A stretch of 64,000 nt of DNA from contig NW_003314269.1 in the NCBI RefSeq assembly GCF_000143415.4, positions 2,487,544-2,551,543 on the forward strand. The letters run 5' to 3'. This document shows positions 36,113-47,217 of the stretch, in pieces. Both the position numbers and the translations under genes were made by a program. A model generated the notes under the pieces. It searched no databases. It was not told the origin of the DNA and was given only the letters and a program-made list of their open reading frames with translations. Source of the DNA: Selaginella moellendorffii. Lineage: Eukaryota; Plantae; Lycopodiophyta. How positions within the stretch are numbered: position 1 is the stretch's first letter; every line of letters starts with the position of its first letter.

Positions 36113-38887
36113 TCAAACCATGGACGTCTCATGACCGATAATCGCATCCATCTGCTGCAGCCTCCTCGTCCAAACCGAGTGCAAGATCATATGAAACATA
36201 TCAAACCTCTCCGCGCTGTCGTGCCACAAGAAATGCTTCCTCACCTTCTTGAGCCGGCTCTGCATCTTTCGGTACCGATCCTCGGACACCGCCAGTAGCA
36301 GTTCCTTGAGCCGGGGAACGTCCTTCTCGCTCACCGTGAGCGAGAAGGATCCCCAGTTGAGAACGTCGCTGAATGGCAGCACGAAGTTGTCGGCGATCAG
36401 CACCGGCACGCAGTCGTAGTATATCGACTCCACGATCCTGGGGCTGTTCACCTCGAATCCCATGGCGCAGATGCAAAACTTGCTGCTCTTCATGTGCTGG
36501 ACGTAGCTCGTCCGCCGCGCCACGTCGGGTGGGAGCACCTCGTAGATTCTCATGTCGGGGTCTCCTCGGTCTTTCCAGTGCTTGATCAGTGCCGGCCGGA
36601 CTCTCCCGTGCATCTGACCCGCGAAGAAGGCCAGGATGGGCCGTTTGCTCGGCCCCGGGCCCCCGAGCTTGGTCGGAAGCTTTACCGCATGGAGATACGT
36701 CTCGGGCAGCGACGCGTCCTTGTCCGGCACGAACTCCTCCGTGAGGTCCGAGTTGCACACCACTTTGACGGAGTTTTTGCGGAGCTCCGGGTGGTCTCGG
36801 GCTGTTGCGGGGCCCTGAAAGGAGCACAGGTCAGAAATAGTACGAAGACTTTAATCAGACAAGTGTTCGGCACAATCAAAAAGCACAGAAATTATGTGAC
36901 ACTTCCACTCATTCGGGTAAGCTGGAATTCCACCACACTTTCCGCGGGCGCAAAGCATGAAATTTTCATGTAGCACAGGAAAGTTCCCGTGGAAAGGAGA
37001 ACAAACCGTGTTGGGTACAAACTTTAGCCCAGGAACAAAAAAGAGAATGCAAGTAGTTTAATCCGACAATCATACCCAAAGAAGTGCTAGCATGATATTC
37101 TCCACATGAACAGGAAAAAAAAAATCATGGAGGAGAGACTTTATGCTCAAACAAATGAAAGACAGACAGACCACTAAATGCAAAAACGAACCATTCTCAT
37201 TAAGTGCTAGCTAGACGATAAGACTGCAAGCCCCACCAAAGATGCACCATCTCAGTTTTTTTCCTAAGAAATAGAAAACTGCGTACCCAGTCATGGCAGG
37301 AGGCGAAGAAGTGATCGGAGCCACGGGTCAGGTTCCAAAACGGGTGCTTGCTGGCGATGAGATTGACGTAGTCCTTGATGAAAGTGGCGAGCGGCAGCAT
37401 GCTGTGCGAGCCTGGAACGTAGAGGTCGAGAACCATGTGAGCAACGCTATACGGAAGAAAAAACATGTGGGCCTCTTGCGGATCGTGCGTGACAAAGCGG
37501 CTGTTTTGGTTCATCTCGTGAATGAATCGCCCCTCGGAGGAGTAAATCCCCGTCAAAGGTCCCTTGTGGACGAGCCGAGGCTCCCCTTCCTTGTATACGT
37601 ACACTTTGAACAATCTCTCCATGAGTTCGTAGCTCCTGCGATTGAAACAGACGAACCAAGTCAGTCGCTGCCACGAATTCGCAAAGAAGTAAGGAAAACT
37701 CATTAAGCAAGAGCTTAAACAGCGAAGAAGTTACACTGGAAACTCGTACGAGCATTAAGAGAATAAAACAATGGCACGAGCGAGCGAACGGGACAGGGCA
37801 AGCATAACAGCTCAACAAACTCTACGTACTGGAAGAGAAAAAAACTCCAGGAAAACCAAAAACCACAAAGAAAGCATTCCAGGCAACTTGCGGAGACAAT
37901 GTATCATCCATGCAAACTGTGGTGGAACGAACTGGCCAACTTACAAACTAACTCAAACTCTGGTTCTTCCAGTGACTGTCAGTGTCACTCTCGAAAACAG
38001 GCACGAAAAAATTTGCACGAAGAAGGAGAAAGAATGAACGTACTTGTGGAATTTGTAGGCATTGAGGTAGATGGATCGGGTGGCTTGTGGATCCAGCTGC
38101 GTGTTCCGTGGCCCTGCGACCTTGATCTCTTGCTTCGCGCGACGAAGATCCTCTTCCAGAATCACACGCCATTGCGGTATCTACATGACCGAAACCAAAG
38201 AGTTAAATTCGGGACTGAGAAGCGAACCACGAGACGCAATGTGATTCGACCCCAAGAGATCCAATTCGAGATCCAGCCAGAGATTAGTAATTACTCGGAC
38301 CTCGACAAAATCGAAAACTTCGAAAGGAAAAAATCCAACGAGTTTGGAGCATGAATCCATGCAGCGGAAGAACGCACACGAAGGAAGAAGAAAAAAAGAG
38401 GAAATCCACCGACCTCGCGTTTCCTGACGACTTTGCGATCCAAATTGGCAAGAGCGGAAGCATTGAAATCCGATCTTTCCTGTGTCAAATTCTTCTCCGG
38501 AAGAGAAATTTCTTGCGTCGGCGAGGGAGCAATCGATGGAGGAAGAAGAGGAAGCTCGTCGCCGCCGCCTTGTCCTAGTTCTTGCGAAGGAACCGGCGGT
38601 GGGCTGCCAGGAAGTAATTGTGGCGGTGGAATCGAGCTGGAAGTGGCCTGGGAGACGAGCTCGATGGCGGGCTTGGATCGCGTCGAATCGTTGCCGGAAA
38701 TGGCCGACGCGGCCTCGTGCCTCGTTCTTCCGGGGCTGTGAAAAGAAAACCAAGAAGAAGAGGAGGAGGAATCGCTTGGCTCCTGGAAGCTCTGGTAGAC
38801 GAAGACAATGCAGGCGAGGAGCGCGATCGCCGCGAGCGATGCCCTCCGGAGCTGGATCTTTTGCCGCTGCTTGTCCCAAAAATCCAT
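36113..38887 (-). CDS. Exostosin-family glycosyltransferase (GT47), multi-exon
   Basis: N-terminal transmembrane anchor; RSYELME..FKVYVY, GIYSSEGRFI, GSDHFFASCHDW, LAFFAGQMHG, SKFCIC..GFEVNSPRIVE and CVPV motifs. Confidence 0.95.
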
Positions 38888-39716
38888 AATCTGGTGCTAC
38901 CTCGCGGCGAGGCGGCCAAGAAACCGGATTTCTTGGATCGATTGAGCGATCGGCGAGCTGCGCATGGCGATCGCGAGAGGCGAAAGAGGAGGAAGGCGAA
39001 GAAGAAGCGTCGGCAAAAAATTGGAGCCCTAATTCCCTCTCCTCTGCTTCGAATCCATCACATTGATTTAAAAGATGCTCGTTTTTTCCATCTTTGGTAT
39101 GATCGCCGGACGTGGTTTTACTCCAGTCATGATGAACAGGGTCGCCATAGCCAGGCATATTCCCCCGCAACGTGGCGAGATATTCCACCGCGCTTGGTGA
39201 TAAGTTATAATCTGGAAACTGCTTCGTGGCAGTTTTGTGAGATTTTCCTCGCGCATTGTCTCGATTGTTCTTCCCGCTCTTCCGGAATTTGGGAGAGAGC
39301 CGTGAAACGAACAAATATGTCAAAGTCTCGAAGAGATGCTTGACACGCTCGCTGCCAATCGCAAAAATCTACGTGTGCTTGGATTTAATCAAGGCGACAC
39401 GCCCGTGCTTGTCTCAAAAGAGCCAAAGGACTTATATTTTTCTGCCCATCAGCCTCAACATTGACAGACGTCGAAAGCCATACATTTCATCGAGATAAAA
39501 TCTTATCATGAATCACATTATACGCTAGACCCCATGCAAACATCTGTGAGAACCCTTACCATCCTTATGTTCGTTCCACCAGCCCGCGGGTATCTTTGAC
39601 TTTGGCAACTCGGCAGCGAAAATCACGATCCATCTCGTTGACTTTGCGGACCCCCGCTCCAATTAGTCGCATAACTGCGCCCCCAAATCACTCGTTAATC
39701 TGTGCGTCGTCCAGAG

Positions 39717-40368
39717 ATGGCTGACAAGCATGTTGCACATTTCACAAGTTTGCTGATCATGACTTTGGTACTCGCAATCTCATCGCTTGATCTTCCTCCC
39801 ATATCAGTAAGTTTTCTATATCACTTATCTCATATGATTTTTAACAACCAAAACTTTCAAGCTTCTCGACTGCTGCTGCGGGCTTCCAAAGAACTTTGTG
39901 TTCTACAGCCACATTATCAGGAGCCCAGCCAACTCGAGCCAGATCCAGAGCGAGCGGGCGATTCTGGGAAGCACAAGCTTGAATCCGAACTTTACCGCCG
40001 GATATGGAGCTGTGTTTAACAATCGCCTCACTCTCACTCCATCTTACGAGTCCCAAGAGATTGGGAGGGTCAAAGGGACGTTCTTCGTGCCGGTGGCTGG
40101 GAGCTTGGTCACTTACAACAGCGCGGTTGTCTTCTCCACACCGTTTTACAATGGTTCTTACGTTTCCGCGGATGGTCTGTTCGATTTCTCGCTGATTGCC
40201 AATGATCTCCCAGTTTTTGGGGGAACTGGGGACTTGTACTTCTCAAAGGGTCGCCAGGTTGCCACCCAGGTTCTTGCGTACGCCGGTGGAGCAAACATGG
40301 TGCTCAAGCACGAACTCTTCCTCAAGGTTAGCAAACTCGATTCCTGCTCCCTTGGCCTCCACCTCTAA
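39717..40368 (+). CDS. Divergent dirigent-like secreted protein, 2 exons
   Basis: Signal-peptide exon 39717-39806 joins in frame through a 55-bp GT-AG intron (39807-39861) to NFVFYSH...GAVFNNRLT...IGRVKG...PVFGGTGDLYFSKG. Confidence 0.78.
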
Positions 40369-40647
40369 ATCCCATCACAATCTTAAGTTTAATGACCGAA
40401 AGTCTTTCACGCAAAGCATGGAATCCAATCTTAAAGCCTGATCTGTAGTGGCTGCCTTGATACCAGCATACATAATATACCATACGTAGACACATTGAAA
40501 GAGTATAATAAAAGTAATTAAATAAAGAGATAATGAGTTCCTTTAAGGTTTAGGGTTTAGGAGTTTTGACAATATTCTAGAATATACGTTTTAGAATATA
40601 CCTGAATATGTTCAAAATCTTTGAGGCACAGGTTTAGGGTTTGGGCG

Positions 40648-42329
40648 ATGGCGAACAGGTCGATCGCCAGGATGGGGCTCGACGAGGCCGTGGTTCGTCT
40701 CTTCGCAGCTCGCAAGATCCACAATGCCAAGGTAATATCCGGATTGCGAGCGTTCTTGGGCCGAAGATCGCCTGCATTGTGGGCAGGATGCGCTGGGATT
40801 GACAGAAATGGAGCTCATGGAACTCCTCGACATGCCGATGGATTCTTTCGAGGCCGCGCTCGCGCGCATCAACAAGAGCGTTTGTCCGCCATTCAAGACG
40901 GTGTGATTGCGCTTCTTCGACATTTTTTTCTCGCCTTGTTTGATTTGTTTTTCTTTCGCCGTTAGGTGCTCTCTATCGTGCAAATGCGATCTAAGAACGA
41001 GGTTGCTATGGGTCACCTCTCGACTACTTTGAAGCTCCTCGACGACGCCCTGTGTGGTGGGATTCCATTCGGTGTTATCACTGAGCTTGTTGGACCCCCA
41101 GGCATTGGGAAGACACAGGTCCTTTATAAATTGTTTTTCCTGGCAATGACAATGGTTCGTTTCTTTCTTTCTTTTTTTTTTTTTTGCCAGCTCTGTCTCA
41201 CTCTGTCGATCCAGACGGTCATTCCGACGAGCTTTGGTGGCCTTGGGGGCAGTGTTGTTTACATTGACACTGAGCGAAAGTTTTCCACCACAAGGTAATG
41301 TGAAAGGAAAATACAAAATGTACAAAGCTTGAAGTGCTCGATGCGTGTGAAGGATGATGCAAATAGGCTCCCACAAATATCCCGGGATTTTTTGTAACGA
41401 GGCCAGTGTCCGAGAAGTGAGCTTTCATTTTCTAATCGCTCGAATGACTCATTGTCTTTTTTCAACGTAGATTGCGCAGCGCATGATGATATTGACGCCT
41501 ACTTCTGCTCCGGAGCTCGTAGAAAGGTGCAAGGTACCATCAAGACGGATATCTATTTTCTTTAACATGCGTCTTCTCGAGCTTTCAGCCTACAGAAACT
41601 GCAATCTATAATACCTGAAGATAATGTCAAGCTCTTGGTGATCGATAGCATTGCAACTTTACTGGAAGGGTAGGCTTCACCTTGAAATGGGCATATGACC
41701 TGAGGCACCCCTTGCAGAGACAACGAGGACGAGATTTTCGAAAGGCAGGAGTTGCTTGGAAAGCAAGCATCGTTGTTAAAGTAAGTCTCAAGTGACATCA
41801 AACTGATAGATCGTGCATATTTCCAGGTACCTCGCCGAATCATGGAGACTTCCAGTCGTTGTGACAAATCACGTGAGGGCCTCGGGCACATACGAAGGTG
41901 TGGATTCTATCTCCTAACTATTGTGTGTTTACGATGTATTGTTGTAGGATATGGTGATGGTGAGTCAGAGCTTTGGGTCGCTCTGGGTACAGCTTGGGCG
42001 CATGCTGTTAATATCAGACTTGTTCTAGAAGTTCGTGAAGGTGAGCTTTCTGTTGCTTTCTTTCTTAAATTGTTTTTCAACCATTTGCAGGTCGTCGGTG
42101 TATCCGTATAGCGAAGTGTCCTGTGTCTCCTGCCATTGCTATGCCGTTTCTGGTAACGAGCTACGGCATGGAAATCGATGGAAATGAGTTTTGGCAAGTA
42201 AGCGAGCAAGATGTCATGGCTGTCTACAGAAACTGTAAGTGAAACTGTATGTTTTGACTTTCTGGCTTATTTGTCCTGTAATCAGATGACGGTGATGATG
42301 ACGAGGAGATAATTCGTTTCAACTGGTAG
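40648..42329 (+). CDS. RAD51B: RAD51 paralogue B, multi-exon
   Basis: LDDALCGGIPFGVITELVGPPGIGKTQLC (Walker A), GSVVYIDTE.KF, LLVIDSIA (Walker B), PVVVTNHV and ALGTAWAHAVNIRL motifs; telo-boxes upstream. The last exon is uncertain. Confidence 0.9.
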
Positions 42330-42442
42330 AAGCTTCTCCATCTAAGTCTTTTGCCCCTGACTAATTGAATGGTGTGTTTTCTCTGTGCAGATGACTAGTT
42401 TGCCTCCCGGGTGATGTGGCTTATACTGTGAATATTCGAACT

Positions 42443-42515
42443 GGGGATGTAGCTCAGTTGGTAGAGTGATCGCTTCGCATGCGATAGGTAAGGGGATCGA
42501 TGCCCCTCATCTCCA
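42443..42515 (+). tRNA. tRNA-Ala (anticodon CGC)
   Basis: 73-nt cloverleaf: acceptor GGGGATG/CATCTCC with G3:U70, anticodon arm ATCGC-TTCGCAT-GCGAT, T arm AGGGG-ATCGATG-CCCCT, followed by TTTT. Confidence 0.97.
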
Positions 42516-42675
42516 TTTTCTGCTTTTTCCCCGTGCTTCTATCACTTCTGCGGCAACTGATTACTCTGGTCGCTTTTTCTAGTGGATCACATGATGCGTC
42601 TCGGACATGACTCTCAAGGCTTTATATATGAAGCAAAGGGTGAGAATTTTCAAGCAGCCATTTTCACTTGCGGCG

Positions 42676-43728
42676 ATGACAACCTTTCTCGCGCAGGTCC
42701 TGGTCGTCGTTGTGAATAGCGTTTTGATCTATGCTCAGCAGTCTAGCATTTATCCATCCGCTTTACTTCACTCCTCTGGGAGTAATTTTGTCGCAACACT
42801 GACTTTCAAGGTTGGCAGGAGCAACCAGTTCCAGTCTAGAGACTTCACTCTGGACACAAGTGCTCAGCTTCCTGTATCCAAGTGCGCGTCGACCAGCGAA
42901 ACCTTCAACATCTCATTTACCGGCCTTTCAGGCGGCTCGATTCCTACAAGCCTGGAGCTTCCTGTCCGAATCTCATGCAGAAGCCAGAAGAACGCACCCA
43001 GCATTTTGGCACTGGGTTCCAGTACGTCCAGCTTTCCCTTCCAGGCTACTAGCGCCGCAAAGCTTCCTCTCACGTTTGCCTATTGCCTGGGAGCAATGCA
43101 AGACGGTGGTCGAGGCCAGCTTTCGTTCGGAAGACGGAGCTACTTCCTGTTTAACAACTCGGACGTTCTACAGTCCCGACCTGTTTCCTTCATCCGGACT
43201 CCGCTTTTCGTCACCAACAATCCTCGTTCCGGCTCGACAACGTATTTGCTCCGGTTGCAAAGAGTCCAGTTTGGCTCCGTGCCCGTCAAGGCACAGGAGT
43301 TTATCCAGATTGGAACTACGGCTCGGTTCACAAGCCTTCCAAATGCAGCATACGATCTCGTCCGGCAGCAAGTTGTCCGAGAAGCAGCGCGAAAGAAGAT
43401 CAGGAGGGAACCGGCGACTTTCAAGCCGCTGTCACTTTGCTACCGCATGAGCCCAACGCAGCTCGGCTCGTTCCCCAGCGTTGTCATGGACTTTGGAAAG
43501 AACGCCTTGTGGACGATCACGCCGGGAAACTACATGATTCCAACAGGCAAGAACACCGGCGTGGTGTGCTTCGGCTTTCTCAAGACTGGGGCCGCTCAGG
43601 CGGTCATAGGAACGCTCCAGCAAGAGAACTACTACGTCGAGTACAATGAGAAGCGAAAAATGTTTGGATTCACCGAGCCTCTCATCGTCAAGCATGGGCT
43701 CGGGTGTGCACAAACTTCCGGAAGCTAA
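42676..43728 (+). CDS. Pepsin-fold secreted protein, xylanase-inhibitor (TAXI/basic 7S globulin)-like, probably non-catalytic
   Basis: Signal peptide from MTTFLAQ (TATA-like element at about 42621); FAYCL, YLLRL..V.FG, LCY and VIGTLQQENYYVEY motifs. The second catalytic site reads IQIGTT, so its Asp is lost. Confidence 0.85.
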   Translation: MTTFLAQVLVVVVNSVLIYAQQSSIYPSALLHSSGSNFVATLTFKVGRSNQFQSRDFTLDTSAQLPVSKCASTSETFNISFTGLSGGSIPTSLELPVRISCRSQKNAPSILALGSSTSSFPFQATSAAKLPLTFAYCLGAMQDGGRGQLSFGRRSYFLFNNSDVLQSRPVSFIRTPLFVTNNPRSGSTTYLLRLQRVQFGSVPVKAQEFIQIGTTARFTSLPNAAYDLVRQQVVREAARKKIRREPATFKPLSLCYRMSPTQLGSFPSVVMDFGKNALWTITPGNYMIPTGKNTGVVCFGFLKTGAAQAVIGTLQQENYYVEYNEKRKMFGFTEPLIVKHGLGCAQTSGS

Positions 43729-43779
43729 ACGAGCTCTCCGGACAATAGTAAGGTCCACACTTCTCTCTTTTTCTCTATG

Positions 43780-44292
43780 CTAATATGTGAGATAAACTTT
43801 GAACAGGAGCACTGCGTTGAGCCCCTTTAGAGCCTGCGTCTCGATGGTAGCGTAGCCTCGCACCGATCTAAAATCTCCGGTTCCTCCCGTCACAGCGAAC
43901 TCTCTCACGGTCAGTGCAAGCATGTCGAGGCCGTGGAAGCTGATGGTCCCTTTATACTCTGGAGTGTCCAGGACAGCGGCGAAACTGAAGAGCAAGTTAA
44001 TGCCGGTGAGCGAGCACACCATATAAGTTCCCTGGCCCCGTCCCAAAACTTTGGAGCTGGAAGAGGGTCCTTGCGTGATGAGATCGTCTATTATCATCAC
44101 CAGGCCAAACGAATCGTTCCTGGAAGGGGGCTTGGCCACCATGACGGCGGTGGGATGCTTGGCCGTGACAATGTCGTGCATGTAGAACTGGAGGAAGGTT
44201 ACCTTACCTTGCTTCTTCGTGGTAGATCCATTGGCAGTGGCAACCAGAAAGAAGAGGACGCAAAGCGATAGAACAAGCGAGAGATATCTCAT
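43780..44292 (-). CDS. Dirigent protein
   Basis: Signal peptide; FYMHD, FG.V.IIDDLIT.GP, LGRGQG and REFAVTGGTGDFR..RGYA motifs. Confidence 0.95.
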   Translation of the reverse strand: MRYLSLVLSLCVLFFLVATANGSTTKKQGKVTFLQFYMHDIVTAKHPTAVMVAKPPSRNDSFGLVMIIDDLITQGPSSSSKVLGRGQGTYMVCSLTGINLLFSFAAVLDTPEYKGTISFHGLDMLALTVREFAVTGGTGDFRSVRGYATIETQALKGLNAVLLFKVYLTY

Positions 44293-44832
44293 TGGAAGAG
44301 GGGCTACAAATGTATGGGCTGTGTGAGAAAGAAGAGAGGGTTTATAATGTTTGGAAAAACCATTATGGTCGTCGTTGCAAAAGTGCTGGCCACAATGACA
44401 TGGACCCTTGAACTAAAAGCTAAGATTCCTCTAGAAATCGAAGAATATCTTAAATTCGTTGTTTACAAATAAAAGGTGGTACCTTTAATTTAGTACGATG
44501 TTAAGCACATGGTTATGTTAACAAAGGTCGTTAGGTAGACTGTTGCTCAATCGAGCAATAGTTAGCGTCGCAGCCACAACCATAGACAATGGACAAGTAT
44601 CCATATATCGATCAAGACACAAGGAATTAAAGTTAAGGTTTGCAAGAGACACGGTCAAATACAACGCTGCCTTGGTTTAAACACACACCGCTGGTCAAAT
44701 AAACGTGCGGCAGGAGATGTTTATCCTCTGACACGTGGCAGCACCGCGTTCTGGTTTTTCACGAGCGCGGATTCACTCGTGGTTAAAAGTGATAGGTAAG
44801 AGAAGATTCACATAACTTACATGCCGTGTTGG

Positions 44833-44834
<2 letters not shown>

Positions 44835-44867
<33 letters not shown>
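44835..44867. repeat. (CT)n microsatellite upstream of the O-fucosyltransferase-family gene
   Basis: Perfect CT run. Confidence 0.95.
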
Positions 44868-44871
<4 letters not shown>

Positions 44872-44993
44872 CTCTCTTCTCCCTTCTTGCTCGATCATCG
44901 ATTCTTAGTTTCTTGGTCCCCATTGCGCGTGGGATAATTGACGACGACTCGGCGCGGCGGCGGTCGGAAGCGGAGGCGTAATATCGCCGATCC

Positions 44994-47147
44994 ATGGCGC
45001 CGCAGTGGAGCAGAGGTCATCTCCCGGGCGGCATGATGTCGCGGGATGTTGCGGAGATCGTTCTCAGCCCCAGGCTGAGCGGCGAGAGCAAGACGCCCGT
45101 CTACCGGCGGTCGATCTCCACCAAGCGGATGCAGGTTGATCCCTTCCACGCTTTGGCCACGAGCATTTTCCAGAGCGATGCCAAGGATTCCAGCTGCGCG
45201 GCCGCCAGAGCGTGGAGGAAATCCTTGCTGGGACTCATCGGCCTGCTCTTGATCGTTCTTGCCCTAGCCAAGATTTTGTCTGTGGAGTGGCTGGGGGCAG
45301 ATTTCGATCAGCTCTTGTTGACGAAGGTATGGGCTCCGAGACTAAAGGACGAGGATCACACTGTTTCTTCTCTTTGTTTCAGCCAGCCGAGTCCTACCAG
45401 CGAGCGATGATCGAGAGCACAATCACGAAAGTGTCTCATGTCGAGAGGAAGGTAACGTGAATTCTTTCATGCATTAGGCTAGATCATTTGAGAGAATGAA
45501 TTTGGCAGCTCTACAACTCCTTGTGGGCGAATCCAGACTCCTCAAAGTACGAGCAATGCATAGCACGACCCAAGAAATCTCGAAGTAAGTTTTCTCACTC
45601 TCTTGTGGAAATGCTAAGAATTTTCTGGCAGAGGCTGGAGCAGCTACAAATGGTTATCTTCTGGTAAACGCGAATGGTGGCCTCAATCAGATGAGAACCG
45701 GGGTATGCGCTTGTCTGTTTCTTTTCTATTCATTTGGAATAATACGGATATGTCGTTCTCAGATATGCGACATGGTTGCTGTAGCCAGGATCATGAATGC
45801 CACTTTAGTCATGCCTACACTTGATCACAGCTCCTTCTGGGAGGATCCAAGGTACTTTTAAATCTGGAGTTGAATGCTTATGCCAGTTTCATAGTGCAGT
45901 GAATTCGCGGACATTTTTGACATCGATCACTTCATAGAGACCTTGAAAGACGATGTACGAATTGTGAAAGCCCTTCCTTCCCATTTGGAGAGCGTCGAGC
46001 CAGTCAAGAAAGCTCCCGTATCATGGTCGAAGGTATAGCTTGCTACGCTGTCTCGTTTGGATAGTATTGACGTGCGATTTACCAGGCATCTTACTACAAA
46101 GAGGAGATTCTTCCCTTGCTCAAGAAGCACAAGGTTGTCTACTTCACCCATGCGGATTCACGTCTAGCGAACAATGATATTCCTAACAGTGTACAACAAC
46201 TTCGCTGCCGAGCAAATTATCGAGCTCTGAAGTACGCCAAGCCAATTCAAAGGTTGGGACAAGTTCTTGTTGAGCGGATGCGAGATAAAGGGCCGTATAT
46301 AGCTCTCCACTTGAGGTAAAATGTGATATGTCCTACCTATCAACTGCAGTTTCTGAGGCTTCACCTGAATGTAGATACGAAAAGGACATGTTGGCATTCA
46401 CGGGTTGTTCGCACGGGCTAACAGCCGATGAAGCGAACGTGTTACGTGATATGCGTTACAGCACTAAGCACTGGAAAGAAAAGGAGATTGCTGCGGAAGA
46501 AAAACGGATGGAAGGAGGTTGCCCTCTGACACCTCACGAAGCTGCTCTTCTACTGAAAGGCTTGGGATATCCGGCATCCACCAACATTTACATTGCGGCA
46601 GGCGAAAGTTTCGGAAACAACAGTATGAAAGCTTTCCAAAGCGTGTATCCAAACGTTTACACCCATTCAACTCTTGCAACGGAGCAGGAGTTGGCGGAGT
46701 TCAAGGGCTTTCAAAACAGAATCGCAGGCCTGGACTATATCATGGCATTGAAGAGCGATACCTTCGTTTATACATACGACGGAAACATGGCCAAGGCTGT
46801 TCAGGGGCACAGGAGGTTTGAGGGACACAGGAAAACGATCAGTCCAGACCGGTACGTCCTGGTTGTTTGGTTCTCTGATGGATTATCTTACAGTTGGTTT
46901 TTGTTGCAGACAAAGTGTAGTAACTCTCGTGGATGATTACGAAACAGGAAATCTCTCGTGGGACAATTTCGCAGCAGAAATCAGAAGAGTGCATCACAAG
47001 AAAATAGGTGCTCCATCGTACAGGGAATCCGGTGAATCTCCGAAGTGGGAAGAAAACTTCTACGCAAATCCGAATCCAGGCTGCATTTGTCAGTCAAAGA
47101 AAACGAGCAGCAGAAGGCTACTTACAAGACAGCAAAAACAATTATGA
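44994..47147 (+). CDS. Plant O-fucosyltransferase-family (GT106-like) glycosyltransferase, multi-exon
   Basis: Transmembrane anchor; [82 protein letters not shown] and [11 protein letters not shown] motifs. Confidence 0.95.
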
Positions 47148-47217
47148 GAACGCGTGTACAGCGAAGGCTTTTGGTTAGTACCGGGGATCATTTTGTACAG
47201 TCCGGAAATAATGCCGC

